Positions 50,301 through 58,955 of a DNA stretch of 64,000 nt are shown here, one piece after another. The first letter of the stretch is position 1, and every line of letters begins with the position of its first letter. The stretch is taken from IMG/VR virus record IMGVR_UViG_3300044540_000317. One strand, written 5' to 3'. Source of the stretch: an uncultured virus (IMG/VR IMGVR_UViG_3300044540_000317). Lineage: Duplodnaviria; Heunggongvirae; Uroviricota; Caudoviricetes. The notes below the pieces were generated by a model. It was not told the origin of the DNA and searched no databases. It was given only the letters and a program-made list of their open reading frames with translations. The translations under genes were made by a program, and so were the position numbers.

Positions 50301-51089
50301 GGGCGAGCCAAGCACGACACGATTGCTGCGACCGTCGATACGACTGCTCGCGGGCAGGTGCTCCTCTTGACCAGCAAGGGTCGCGCCATCAAGCTCGACG
50401 TCCTCGCCATTCCTGCGCTGCGCGACGCACCCGGCACCGTCACTCTCGCCGGCGCTATGCCTGCCCGCGAAGCGGCCAACCTCACCAACGACGAAACCGT
50501 CGTCGGTCTCGCTCCGCTGGCCGGGGACGGGCCCGGCATCGCCGTGGGGACCCGCGGCGGCATCGTGAAGGTCGCCGCCTACGACTGGCCGACCCGTTCA
50601 GACGAGTTCGAGTTCATCACCCTCAAAGATGGCGACCGCGTCGTGTCGGCGACTCCGATCGGGGGCAACGAAGACCTGGTCTTCGTCACCAGCGACGCGT
50701 CTCTGTTGCGTTTCCCAGCCGCGAACGTCCGCGCCCAAGGCCGCACCGGCGGCGGGATGGCGGGAGTCAAACTTGCCGAAGGTGCCCATGTGGTGGCGTT
50801 CGCACCCGCGGACGCTGAGGCGGCCCATGTCGTGACTGGCACGGGCGTCAGCGTCAAGGTGACCCCCTTGTCGGCATATCCGACGAAAGGGCGCGCGACA
50901 GGCGGTGTGCGTGCCCACCGCTTCCTGCGAGGTGAGGACGTTCTCGTGTTCGCTCACGTCGGCGTCGAACCGGTCGCATCAAGTTCCGCAGGCGAACCGG
51001 TCGAACTTCCGGATGTTGACATGCGACGAGACGGTTCCGGAACCCCGCTGCCCGGGGCACTCGTCGTCGGTGCCGCTAAGAGCCGCTAA
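47310..51089 (+). CDS. parC: Type IIA topoisomerase subunit A (topoisomerase IV type) containing an intein
   Basis: RALPDARDGLKPVHRR, YHPHGDSAIYD, AASRYTE (catalytic Tyr), GIAVGMATN; no canonical GyrA box before the CTD. Confidence 0.92.
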   Translation: MATRKTDAAEDAAFDQAGATIIDTSVQDEAKASFLEYAYSVITSRALPDARDGLKPVHRRILFSMAEAGLRPDHAFVKSARVVGNCFVAGAKVHTPSGLRNIEDLVAGDLVTAPDGREVRVDVAYANPAQEIVRVTFASGHYLDVTPGQLFRVVQDDYSTRWVRADRLAGHRVVGFGCARQTVPRATQRPGAPEADYAYTLGLAVAEGSPAHRSRPADRRTRISMTEPAPLDRAQRWAASAGVPTSRRLLPAGQPNWKDQELVSFAWHPDLYAAVEPRSIDKVVPAQILSNRALWIPFLAGFLDGDGYVRDGRREIVFTSISEPLVRDLQGMLADLGVRSHRWTTTPGVGRPNPEIGMTVTGLDATVLAQAIAPQIEISYKRDALLRLADVEQGALYRHGDMLPGAALFAEFSDKHLGGGWYADASTGAKFRAALDASGPEIRYGKQVATGTALLDRDFPAMRAFQDGWTDKLDRIGSPLAPRVRDLLGSSFHAVVDVSPLPELAPTYDIQVDDPEHAFVVEGYVVHNCMGSYHPHGDSAIYDAMVRLTQDFALNMTLVEGHGNFGSPNDPPAASRYTECRLAPGAMLLVGELDEGTVDYVPNYDGSLEEPSVLPAAFPNLLVNGATGIAVGMATNMIPHNFGEAVAAARLVLAKPKSTLDDLMAVIPGPDLPTGGLLLGLDEVRKAHEDGKGTVRLRARTVIEPLDGSRGRMSIVVTELPYGVGTEKIIEKVKEETAKKRLQGISDVKDLSDRRNGTRLVVECKTGVNPAALLNELFRYTPLEVSFGISNLALVDGTPRTLGLRALLDLFLAHRFDVVTRRTRHRLDKAEARRHIVDGLLIALADIDAVVKVIRASKDTQEARTSLMVKFKLTDIQTGHILDMPLRRLVNLEVEQLNKEHGALTATIAACRKILDDDKELRKVVDKELAELLEQFPTPRRTELVAGDLKEVLAVAAAASAPIQVADDPTTVLLSATGLLARTPAATEEAQAARAKRGRAKHDTIAATVDTTARGQVLLLTSKGRAIKLDVLAIPALRDAPGTVTLAGAMPAREAANLTNDETVVGLAPLAGDGPGIAVGTRGGIVKVAAYDWPTRSDEFEFITLKDGDRVVSATPIGGNEDLVFVTSDASLLRFPAANVRAQGRTGGGMAGVKLAEGAHVVAFAPADAEAAHVVTGTGVSVKVTPLSAYPTKGRATGGVRAHRFLRGEDVLVFAHVGVEPVASSSAGEPVELPDVDMRRDGSGTPLPGALVVGAAKSR
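47565..48893 (+). mobile_element. Intein (443 aa) with LAGLIDADG homing endonuclease
   Basis: Starts CFVAGAKV; block B VTPGQLF; LGLAVAEG and FLAGFLDGDG; ends TYDIQV...VVHN, followed by Cys. Confidence 0.95.
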
Positions 51090-51093
51090 GCCG

Positions 51094-51146
51094 GTAAACG
51101 ACTCGGGCCCGCCCTCGCGATGAAGGAGCGGGCCCGAGTCGTTTAC
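51094..51146. terminator. 19-bp inverted repeat, likely bidirectional terminator
   Basis: GTAAACGACTCGGGCCCGC / GCGGGCCCGAGTCGTTTAC between convergent parC and protease genes. Confidence 0.85.
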
Positions 51147-51154
51147 AGGGCGTC

Positions 51155-54052
51155 TCAGCGAGCTGTCGTCACCGAGATAGTTGCTGGCAGCGACTGGCCG
51201 AAGCCGTTCACGGCGATCACGCGGAACATGTATCGAGTTCCCCGGATCAGGCCTGTCACGGACGTTGAGCGAGCCGTAGATAGCTTCGACTGGATCGTCG
51301 TCCAGGAAGCGCCACCGTTCGTTGATCGCTGGATGAGGTAGGAGCGGATCGCGGAGTATGGCGAAGACGCAGGCGTCGACCAGGCGAGGTTGACCGACGT
51401 CCGGTACACGGCAGTGGCCCGGAAGCTCCTCGGAGCGCTAGGCCGACCGTTCAGGGTAGTCACCGTCAACGAAGCCGACGGTGCACCTGCGCCCATGCTG
51501 TTCACCGCGGCGACCTGGAACAGGACCGTACTTGTCTGCGTAAGCCCAGTGACGGTGGCTGTCGTCACTGCCGAAACCGGGTCAACGAAACGCTTCCACG
51601 ACACGCCCCGATCCAACGAATACCACACAAGATAGTCGGTGACGGCAGGCCCCGCTGTCGGCGCAGCAGTCCAAGCAAGACCCACAGCCGTTGGCGTCAC
51701 CGTCGTCGCGCGGACTGCGGTTGCGGTACCCGGTACCGACGGTGACGTCCACGTCACAGTTGCCGGCGTGCCAGTCCCGTACGAGTTCACAGCAACGACA
51801 CGGAACGCGTACGACGTGCTTGCCGCGATCGGTACGGAAGCTCCCGTCGTCGCCGTAACCGCGTCACTGACGGGAACCCAAGTCTCGCCGCCGTCCGTCG
51901 ACACGGTCACTCGGTAATCGGTGACGGCCGTCATGCTCGTGAGCGGAGCGGTCCACGTCAGCGGCACCTTCCCGCCGCCGGGGATGCCTACCGTGAGGGA
52001 GCGAACCGCCGACGGGGTCGGGGTGAGGGTCGCAAACGTGGCGGAGGCAGGTTCGCTGACGCCGGTAGCGGTCACCGCGGCGACGGAGACGTCGTAGCTC
52101 GTGCTGGCCGACAACCCCGTCAAGGTTGCCGTCGTTGTCGAAGTAGTCACCTCCCCGGCTGTGCCGTTCGAGCCGGACCACGAAACGAGGTAGCTCGTCG
52201 CCGGCGCGAAACCGGCGCCTGGCGCAGTCCACGCGACCGTCAGGCGGTCCACGCCAGGCGTGGCGCGGACGTTCGTCACCGGCCCGATCGGGGTCGACTC
52301 GGCGATGAACGAGACGGGCGCTGACCATGCGCCAGCCTTGGTCATCGTGTCGGCGCGCACGGCAACCTGGTACTCCACTCCACCGGTGAGAGGGGCGGGA
52401 ATCTGGGCGCCGACCGTTCCGGTGACATCCGCCTCGGCCCAAGCGCCGTCGGTCTGCTTCCACATCAGTCGGTAAGTGCGGATCACTTCACTGTACGTCG
52501 CCGTCGGCGCTGTCCACGTAACGAAACCAGTCGGGGTGACCGCGACGTTTCGAGGCGCAGATGGGCCAGACGTTGCCGATTGGGTCACGACCGCAGGTAC
52601 GACCGTTGCCGTTTCTCCGTAAAGGCCGTCCGAGGATTGGAACAAGTCGAATGTGTAGCTGGTCCCCGCGGTCAACCCCGTCAGGGTCGCCGTCGTGCCA
52701 TCCACTGCTGCGCTACGAGTCCCCGCAAAGCGAACCAGGACGCCAGCGGAAGGGCTATCCCACGCCAATGTCACGGTGGAGCGAGTCACGTCGACAACGC
52801 GGACGCCGGCTGGCCCGGTGACTGGTCGTGGCGCAGCGATAGGGGCGAGGAAGATGGAGTTCGCGGAAATTGTCGTGCCGGAGAGCGGGCGCAGCGGTCC
52901 GTCGTGCAGGCCGCCGGACTGTGCCGCGGCAAGGAGCTGCTGCTGCACGGCGGACGGCGTCAACGCGGGGTTCTCAGCGAGGAGAAGGGCTGCCATTCCT
53001 GCGACCAACGGACTGGCGAACGATGTTCCGTTCGCTGCTCCATGCCCGCCTGTGGCGATCGCGACGGGGACGGCGGTCCCAGGGGCGAAGCCGTCGACGC
53101 ACTGGCCGCCGTTCGAGAACGACGATCGGGCGTCTTGGCCGTCAATAGCAGCTCGCTCGAACGCGCCCACCGTCAAGATTGCGGGCACGCGTGCGGGGGT
53201 GTTGATGCACGCTTCGACGACGCTTGTCGCCGTGGAGTCGTTGCCGGCCGCGGCCACGACGGTCAGGCCGGCATCGTGGAGCGCTGTGACGCCGCTGTCG
53301 AGAAGCGCAGCTGCGGAGCTCGTGCCGGACGCATCCTGGGCGGCGAGCGAGAAGTTGACTACGGCGGGAGTACCAGAAGGGTGGTTGGCGAGGATCCAGT
53401 TAATGCCAGAGAGGACCGAACTGGTCGTCCCTCCGCCGGTGCAGTCAAGAACCCGTACGGGGACGATTGTCGCGCTCTTCGCCACTCCGTTCCGTATGCC
53501 AGCCGCAGCAGATGCGACAGCCGTGCCATGTCCGTCGCAGTCGTTCCATCCTTGAGTCGCGCCGAATGCATCAAATCCGGAGATGACACGGCCGGCGACA
53601 TCCACATGGAGGTTGTTCACTCCCGTGTCGACAACGTAGACCCTCACCCCCGACCCGGCAGACGCTGGATACCAGTACTGTCGGTGGAGGGCGCCATCGG
53701 TTCCGCCGACCGGTTTAGTTTGGTCGATGCGGTCCAGCGCCCAGCCGGGTTCGGTTTGAGTGTCGGTGGTGCTGACCGGGATGTCGAGAGCAACATCGAT
53801 CCCGGGAAGCTTGTCGAGGGCGGCTGCCTCTGATGCGCTCAGATCGGCCGCGGCCGCGTCGACTTCCTCGAGGATTTCGCCGGACTCGCCAACTCGGTCG
53901 AGGGCTGCTTCAACCGCGGCGGGGGAATCGCCGGTGACGAGGTACCCCGCTTCGGCCTGTGTTGTTGCGGCCGCAGGGCTTGTGAGACTGACGATGAGCG
54001 TAGCGGTCGTGACGATACTCGCCAGAACGATCCGGGTGGGTGTGTGAGCCAA
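51155..54052 (-). CDS. Secreted S8 subtilisin-like protease with multiple Fn3 domains
   Basis: Signal peptide; VVDTG, DGHGT, AAGN, GTSFASP; five or six Fn3 repeats (WTAP...Y...YxFRVxAVN). Confidence 0.93.
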   Translation of the reverse strand: MAHTPTRIVLASIVTTATLIVSLTSPAAATTQAEAGYLVTGDSPAAVEAALDRVGESGEILEEVDAAAADLSASEAAALDKLPGIDVALDIPVSTTDTQTEPGWALDRIDQTKPVGGTDGALHRQYWYPASAGSGVRVYVVDTGVNNLHVDVAGRVISGFDAFGATQGWNDCDGHGTAVASAAAGIRNGVAKSATIVPVRVLDCTGGGTTSSVLSGINWILANHPSGTPAVVNFSLAAQDASGTSSAAALLDSGVTALHDAGLTVVAAAGNDSTATSVVEACINTPARVPAILTVGAFERAAIDGQDARSSFSNGGQCVDGFAPGTAVPVAIATGGHGAANGTSFASPLVAGMAALLLAENPALTPSAVQQQLLAAAQSGGLHDGPLRPLSGTTISANSIFLAPIAAPRPVTGPAGVRVVDVTRSTVTLAWDSPSAGVLVRFAGTRSAAVDGTTATLTGLTAGTSYTFDLFQSSDGLYGETATVVPAVVTQSATSGPSAPRNVAVTPTGFVTWTAPTATYSEVIRTYRLMWKQTDGAWAEADVTGTVGAQIPAPLTGGVEYQVAVRADTMTKAGAWSAPVSFIAESTPIGPVTNVRATPGVDRLTVAWTAPGAGFAPATSYLVSWSGSNGTAGEVTTSTTTATLTGLSASTSYDVSVAAVTATGVSEPASATFATLTPTPSAVRSLTVGIPGGGKVPLTWTAPLTSMTAVTDYRVTVSTDGGETWVPVSDAVTATTGASVPIAASTSYAFRVVAVNSYGTGTPATVTWTSPSVPGTATAVRATTVTPTAVGLAWTAAPTAGPAVTDYLVWYSLDRGVSWKRFVDPVSAVTTATVTGLTQTSTVLFQVAAVNSMGAGAPSASLTVTTLNGRPSAPRSFRATAVYRTSVNLAWSTPASSPYSAIRSYLIQRSTNGGASWTTIQSKLSTARSTSVTGLIRGTRYMFRVIAVNGFGQSLPATISVTTAR

Positions 54053-54253
54053 GGGGCGTGGCCTCTCTCTTTGGGGTCCGGTGGTGCGAGTGTGTCGTCA
54101 TCTGACGGGTGCCTCAGGCGATCAGTGCGACATGGGGGATATCGGCGTCTAGTGATCGTTTCGAGGTATGCCTATGCGCTAACGGAACGTTCCCGGATGT
54201 CGGTAGCGGGCCGCTTCGATGTTAGGATAGTCCCACTGTACGAAAGGGCTTGC

Positions 54254-54754
54254 ATGATCGAACGTATCCGCGACGACCTGCGGGTCCTGCGCGTTCTCGC
54301 CGACAACAACATTTCCCCGACCGACGCGGCCCTTTCCGGGCTTTGGCGCCACTTCGGGGACATCGAACTGGTCCTACCGCTCCCTGTTATGTCGCTCACG
54401 CCATCTCGCCAGCATGCGCTTTCTCGCGCGATCCTTGCCGAAATGGATGCCGCCTTCATTCGCCTCGCCGAGGTTGAAGCGCAGTTCGGCGAAGCGCCGA
54501 CGACGGGCTCTCTCGCCGATGTCGTCAACCAGATGTGGCGTGAATATGCGGGCACGTGGGCTGAAGTCATCAACGCCGGAATGGTTCACATTCCCACAGA
54601 AATTCGGCCGCAGGTGGCCGCGCAGCTACTCGCAGACCTGCGTGCCGCATTCGGGGACGAGGATGCCGCGACCCGCCTGCGGGAAGACACAACACTGCGG
54701 ATGTCTATTCGCCGTTCGGGCCTCGACCCGGACGCGCTGCTCGCCGACATGTAG
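54254..54754 (+). CDS. Hypothetical helical protein
   Basis: GAAAGGG SD; TGTTAG variant upstream. Confidence 0.6.
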   Translation: MIERIRDDLRVLRVLADNNISPTDAALSGLWRHFGDIELVLPLPVMSLTPSRQHALSRAILAEMDAAFIRLAEVEAQFGEAPTTGSLADVVNQMWREYAGTWAEVINAGMVHIPTEIRPQVAAQLLADLRAAFGDEDAATRLREDTTLRMSIRRSGLDPDALLADM

Positions 54755-54768
54755 ATGTCGTGCAGCCC

Positions 54769-55629
54769 CTACCGGAACGACAGCGGCTCAATGCCGCGGA
54801 CAGTACCGGACTCGAGAGCGGGAAGCCTGACGAGCACATAGTCGCCGGCGACGTCACGGTCATGCTGTCCATCAACAAACGCGAGGTCAAACACGGGAAC
54901 TGTCACTGGCCGCCCGTTCGCCCGGATACGCGCAACGGACCCTCGTCGTACCGCCTGCGCGACTTCACGCACTGCGTACCCAGTGAATATCGCCATTCCT
55001 ACTTTCACCGCCGCGGGAGCGACCACCGACGCTTCCGCCATCTGCTTCACAGCGGTCGTCATCGCCCGACGTCGCCACAACCACCCCTCATCGTCACTAT
55101 ACGGACCCACGCAGCGCCCGGATGGGCCATCCGGGTAGAACGACGCCTCCCACGCGCGCGCAAAGAGCCACCGCAATGCTCTCCGCCCCGCATCCAGGTC
55201 AGCGGGGCCTCCGGCTGCGAGGGGTAGCTCGGCGAGCGCTGCGTCGACGTCGACAGTCTTCGGCCAGACCGGCTCTTTCGGATGCCACGCCCGGACCGGC
55301 CGCGCACCCAGTACCGGCGCCGGGGCCGTCTGCGCTCGCAGCAGTGCCCGCGCCTCTGCTTCCGCTTCGCGCGCTGCGCGCCCCTTCTCCGCCCCAGCCC
55401 GCAGCGCAGCAGCACGTTCCCAGTCCCGAGCCTTCTCGGCGGCGGCGAGGTCGCCGTCGACGCGATCAGCGCCCTCGTCTGTCGCAGCGTAAGCCGCTGC
55501 CGCAGCGGTCAAGGAGTCCAGATCTGCTGCCGACCGCATGAGTCCGCACGCGGCAGCGAGCGCACCCTCATGCCGGGCGCGGAGTCGCTGAACATGCCCG
55601 GACATCCCCGGGCTGGGGCTACTGGTCAC
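54769..55629 (-). CDS. Hypothetical protein, divergent from dnaG
   Basis: GTG 8 nt after CCGATG; Ala-rich helical N-half. Confidence 0.6.
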   Translation of the reverse strand: MTSSPSPGMSGHVQRLRARHEGALAAACGLMRSAADLDSLTAAAAAYAATDEGADRVDGDLAAAEKARDWERAAALRAGAEKGRAAREAEAEARALLRAQTAPAPVLGARPVRAWHPKEPVWPKTVDVDAALAELPLAAGGPADLDAGRRALRWLFARAWEASFYPDGPSGRCVGPYSDDEGWLWRRRAMTTAVKQMAEASVVAPAAVKVGMAIFTGYAVREVAQAVRRGSVARIRANGRPVTVPVFDLAFVDGQHDRDVAGDYVLVRLPALESGTVRGIEPLSFR

Positions 55630-55744
55630 GCACCGTCCATCGGACCTCGCCGCCGGTGACCGTCCCGGCCGAGCCTCTACCGTCAAACAGGTGAACTCCG
55701 GCTCTCTCGACCGCCGACCGGCACTGAGCTCCGATGGTCCACTC

Positions 55745-57595
55745 ATGTCCCGCGGCCGCATCCACCCCGAGTCGGTCGCTGCCGTCCGCGAGAAGACCGA
55801 CATTGAAGCCGTCATTTCCGACCGGGTGACGTTGCGCCGCACGGGCGCAAATCTGACCGGCCTGTGCCCGTTCCACGACGACTCGTCCCCGAGCTTCTCC
55901 GTCTCCCCCGACAAGGGCCTGTGGACCTGCTTCGGCTGCGGTCTCGGCGGGGATGTCATCTCCTTCATTCAGCAAGCGGAAGGGCTTCCGTTCGTCGAAG
56001 CTGTCGAAAGCCTCGCCGACCGGTTCTCGATCGAGCTCAGGTACCTTGACGCCGGCGACGGGTACGTCGCACCGCCGCCCGGGCAACGCCGCCGCCTCGC
56101 CGCCGCGAACGCTGCCGCTGTCGCATTCTTCCGCTCCCACCTCTCCGACCCTGACGCCGAGGTGGGTCGCCGCTACCTCGGCGAACGCGCCATCGACGCT
56201 GCGACCGCCGCCGGCTACGAAGTCGGATGGGCGCCCAACGCCCGCGACGCGCTCCTGAGCCACCTCAAAGGCGACGGGTTCACCGTCGAGGAGATCGTCC
56301 TCGCGGGCCTCGCCGTCCAGAATGACGAAGGTCGCATCTACGACCGTTTCCGCGGGCGCCTGGTCTGGCCGATTCGAGACCTGACCGGCGATGTCGTCGG
56401 GTTCGGGGCGCGAAAGCTCCGAGAAGACGACCAGGGCCCGAAGTGGCTCAACACGCCAGACACTCCCCTGTACCGCAAGTCGGAGGTTCTTTACGGCATC
56501 GACCGGGCCCGGAAGGACATCGCGACGTCGAAGACTGTCGTCGTCGTCGAGGGGTACGGCGACGTCATGGCATGCCACCTGTCCGGCATTGCGACTGCGG
56601 TCGCCACGTGCGGCACAGCCTTCGGTGACGGCCACATCCGCATCGTGCGTCGCCTCATGCGCGACGACGACGCCTACACGGGCAAGGTCATCTTCACGTT
56701 CGACGGCGACGCCGCCGGCCAGAAAGCGGCACTGCGCGCGTTCCGCGACAACGCTAAGTTCACCGCGCAGACCTACGTCGCCGTCGCCCCCGACGGGATG
56801 GACCCGCTCGACCTGCGCCTCGCCCGTGGCGAGCAAGCCGTCCGCGACCTCATCGCCGCCGCGGTCCCCCTTGTCGAGTTCGTTCTGCGCACCACTCTCA
56901 ACGACCACGATCTGAGCGTCACCGAAGGTCGCGTCACCGCACTTCGGGCGACAGCGCCGATCGTCGCCGGCATTCGGGACTCCGCCCTGCGGACCGAATA
57001 CATCCGTCGACTGTCGGGTTGGTTGTCTCTCCCCGACCACACCGTCCTGTCCGCCGTGTCCGCCGCGGAACGCAACGCAGCCCGCGACGACCGCCACGCA
57101 CCCCCGACCGATCCTGCCGAAGCCGCCCCGCGCGCGTGGCGGCCCGACCCCGCCGACGAGACCCTCGCCGTCGAACGGGAAGCCGCCAAGTGCCTGCTGC
57201 AGGTGCCTGCCGCCGTCGGCGACTGGTGGGGGAAGCTCGAGGGCACTATGTTCACGGCGAAGGCGTACCGCGGCGTGTACTCACTGGCGACCCGCGCGCT
57301 CGCCGAGGAACTGCCCGCCGACGCGCGCCTGCACCGCATCCGCGACCTCGCAGCGGACAACGTCGACGTCGCAGCGTTCATCAACGAGCTCGCCATCGAG
57401 CCGCTCCGCGCCGGAGGCGCACCCGATGACGCGTACGCTCCCGACGTCATCCGCCGCCTGATCGACCAGGACTTGGCCCGTCAGCTGGCGGAAGTTCGAG
57501 GGCGTTTCGCGGACGCGAACCCAGACGAGCAGTCTGCGCTTCTCGCATCGACGGTGGCGCTTGAGGCGCGTCGCCGTGAACTTTCGCGCCGCTGA
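55745..57595 (+). CDS. dnaG: DNA primase
   Basis: CHC2 finger CPFH...CFGC, YDRFRGRL, GFGAR, KWLNTP, TOPRIM VEGYGDV, FDGDAAGQKA. Confidence 0.96.
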   Translation: MSRGRIHPESVAAVREKTDIEAVISDRVTLRRTGANLTGLCPFHDDSSPSFSVSPDKGLWTCFGCGLGGDVISFIQQAEGLPFVEAVESLADRFSIELRYLDAGDGYVAPPPGQRRRLAAANAAAVAFFRSHLSDPDAEVGRRYLGERAIDAATAAGYEVGWAPNARDALLSHLKGDGFTVEEIVLAGLAVQNDEGRIYDRFRGRLVWPIRDLTGDVVGFGARKLREDDQGPKWLNTPDTPLYRKSEVLYGIDRARKDIATSKTVVVVEGYGDVMACHLSGIATAVATCGTAFGDGHIRIVRRLMRDDDAYTGKVIFTFDGDAAGQKAALRAFRDNAKFTAQTYVAVAPDGMDPLDLRLARGEQAVRDLIAAAVPLVEFVLRTTLNDHDLSVTEGRVTALRATAPIVAGIRDSALRTEYIRRLSGWLSLPDHTVLSAVSAAERNAARDDRHAPPTDPAEAAPRAWRPDPADETLAVEREAAKCLLQVPAAVGDWWGKLEGTMFTAKAYRGVYSLATRALAEELPADARLHRIRDLAADNVDVAAFINELAIEPLRAGGAPDDAYAPDVIRRLIDQDLARQLAEVRGRFADANPDEQSALLASTVALEARRRELSRR

Positions 57596-57675
57596 CGAAA
57601 CTCACTGCGCGGCCGCGCAGCGTTAGGCCGCCTGCCGCATGGCCGTCCGCGGCAAGGGGGGCCGGCAGGGCCGGA

Positions 57676-58791
57676 CTACGTCCGGTAGCCCTCGGCAAGC
57701 AACGTCCGGTAGGTCTCCGCGCGCTGCGGCGGCAGCTCAGCGATCATGCGCGCTCGCAACGCCTTCGCGCCCGCGGAGATGCTCTTCACCTCGCTGTCGA
57801 CGGCGTACTGACAGAACGGCTCGAGGAGATGCGGCGCGGACGTGTCTGCGTTCAGGACTCCGGCGAGGTACGTCGCGTCTGCGACAGCTTCTCGCTCGGC
57901 GGATAGGAACTCGAATCGGATGACGGTGTGCGCTCCGACCGGTTTGAAGTAGGTGGTGTACAGCTTGCCGCGTTCGGCGAGATTTCCGAGCTCGCCGCTG
58001 ACGGCCGCGAGCGCATCGACGGCCCTCTTCACATCGCCACCAGAACGCGACTCGTTCACGGTCCGTGCTGCTGCTTCGGTCAGAACTCGAGGTGCGAGCA
58101 GCTCGCCCGGCCGTAGGACCTGCGTGGCCAGAACACGGTCCGCCGCAGTGACCTGCACGTTGAACCGGGCGGCGTAGTCGGCGGCGAACTTCGACGCGGA
58201 GTCGCTCTTCGTCAACGCGACCAAACCGCGGCGCGGGCGGTCGAGCAGCGTACGCAGCGCCCCGGCGGCGTCGAGCTCCAGCGCGAGTTTCGCGGCCGCG
58301 GCGCGGATCTCCTGCCGCTTAGCGAACAGTCCCGCCTCGAGCCCGATCAGCGGGGTGAGCAGCGATCCGTCGAGCGCGACGAGGTCATGCGGCGCCGTCG
58401 CGGCGACGCGCAGCTCCGCGGACGCCATTGCGGTCTGCACGAGCGCGTCGGTCCCGTCGGCGTGCTGGATCGCGTGGGCCCACACGAACGGTTCGACTGG
58501 GAGCTTCTCGTCGGTGAACCGGGCATCCTTCGCCGCAGCTGCAGCGAACAGCAGGTCCATCGCGTACGTCTGCTCACGGATCCGGGCGCCATCCACAGCG
58601 CACATCGAACGCGGAAGGTCGAGGTCGGCGGCGGCTGGAATCTTCGCGATGCCGCCATCCTCGAGCAGGCCGGCGCGAATGCGATCGCGGGCGTCCACGA
58701 CCGAACCCATCGCCGTGTCGACGGTCGCAGCGAGCGCACCCGCAAGGTCAACGAGCTTGGCGGTGATAGACGTCTGTTCCGGGGTGGTCAC
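57676..58791 (-). CDS. nurA: NurA-family nuclease
   Basis: CAVDGA, ALDGSL, ALTKSD, EPFCQYAVDSEVK. Confidence 0.75.
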   Translation of the reverse strand: MTTPEQTSITAKLVDLAGALAATVDTAMGSVVDARDRIRAGLLEDGGIAKIPAAADLDLPRSMCAVDGARIREQTYAMDLLFAAAAAKDARFTDEKLPVEPFVWAHAIQHADGTDALVQTAMASAELRVAATAPHDLVALDGSLLTPLIGLEAGLFAKRQEIRAAAAKLALELDAAGALRTLLDRPRRGLVALTKSDSASKFAADYAARFNVQVTAADRVLATQVLRPGELLAPRVLTEAAARTVNESRSGGDVKRAVDALAAVSGELGNLAERGKLYTTYFKPVGAHTVIRFEFLSAEREAVADATYLAGVLNADTSAPHLLEPFCQYAVDSEVKSISAGAKALRARMIAELPPQRAETYRTLLAEGYRT

Positions 58792-58955
58792 GTGTAGCGC
58801 TCCTCTGGCTTGCTCGTTCCAGCGTATCGGCGCCGACCGGCGCCCCTTCCCGACCGCACGGGGGCCCTGTGCGGGGCTGCGCCCAGTCCGCCGGGCCAGG
58901 AAGCCGATGGCGGAGGCGACTTCCGCGCCGCCCAGACGAGAACAGGAACCGCATC

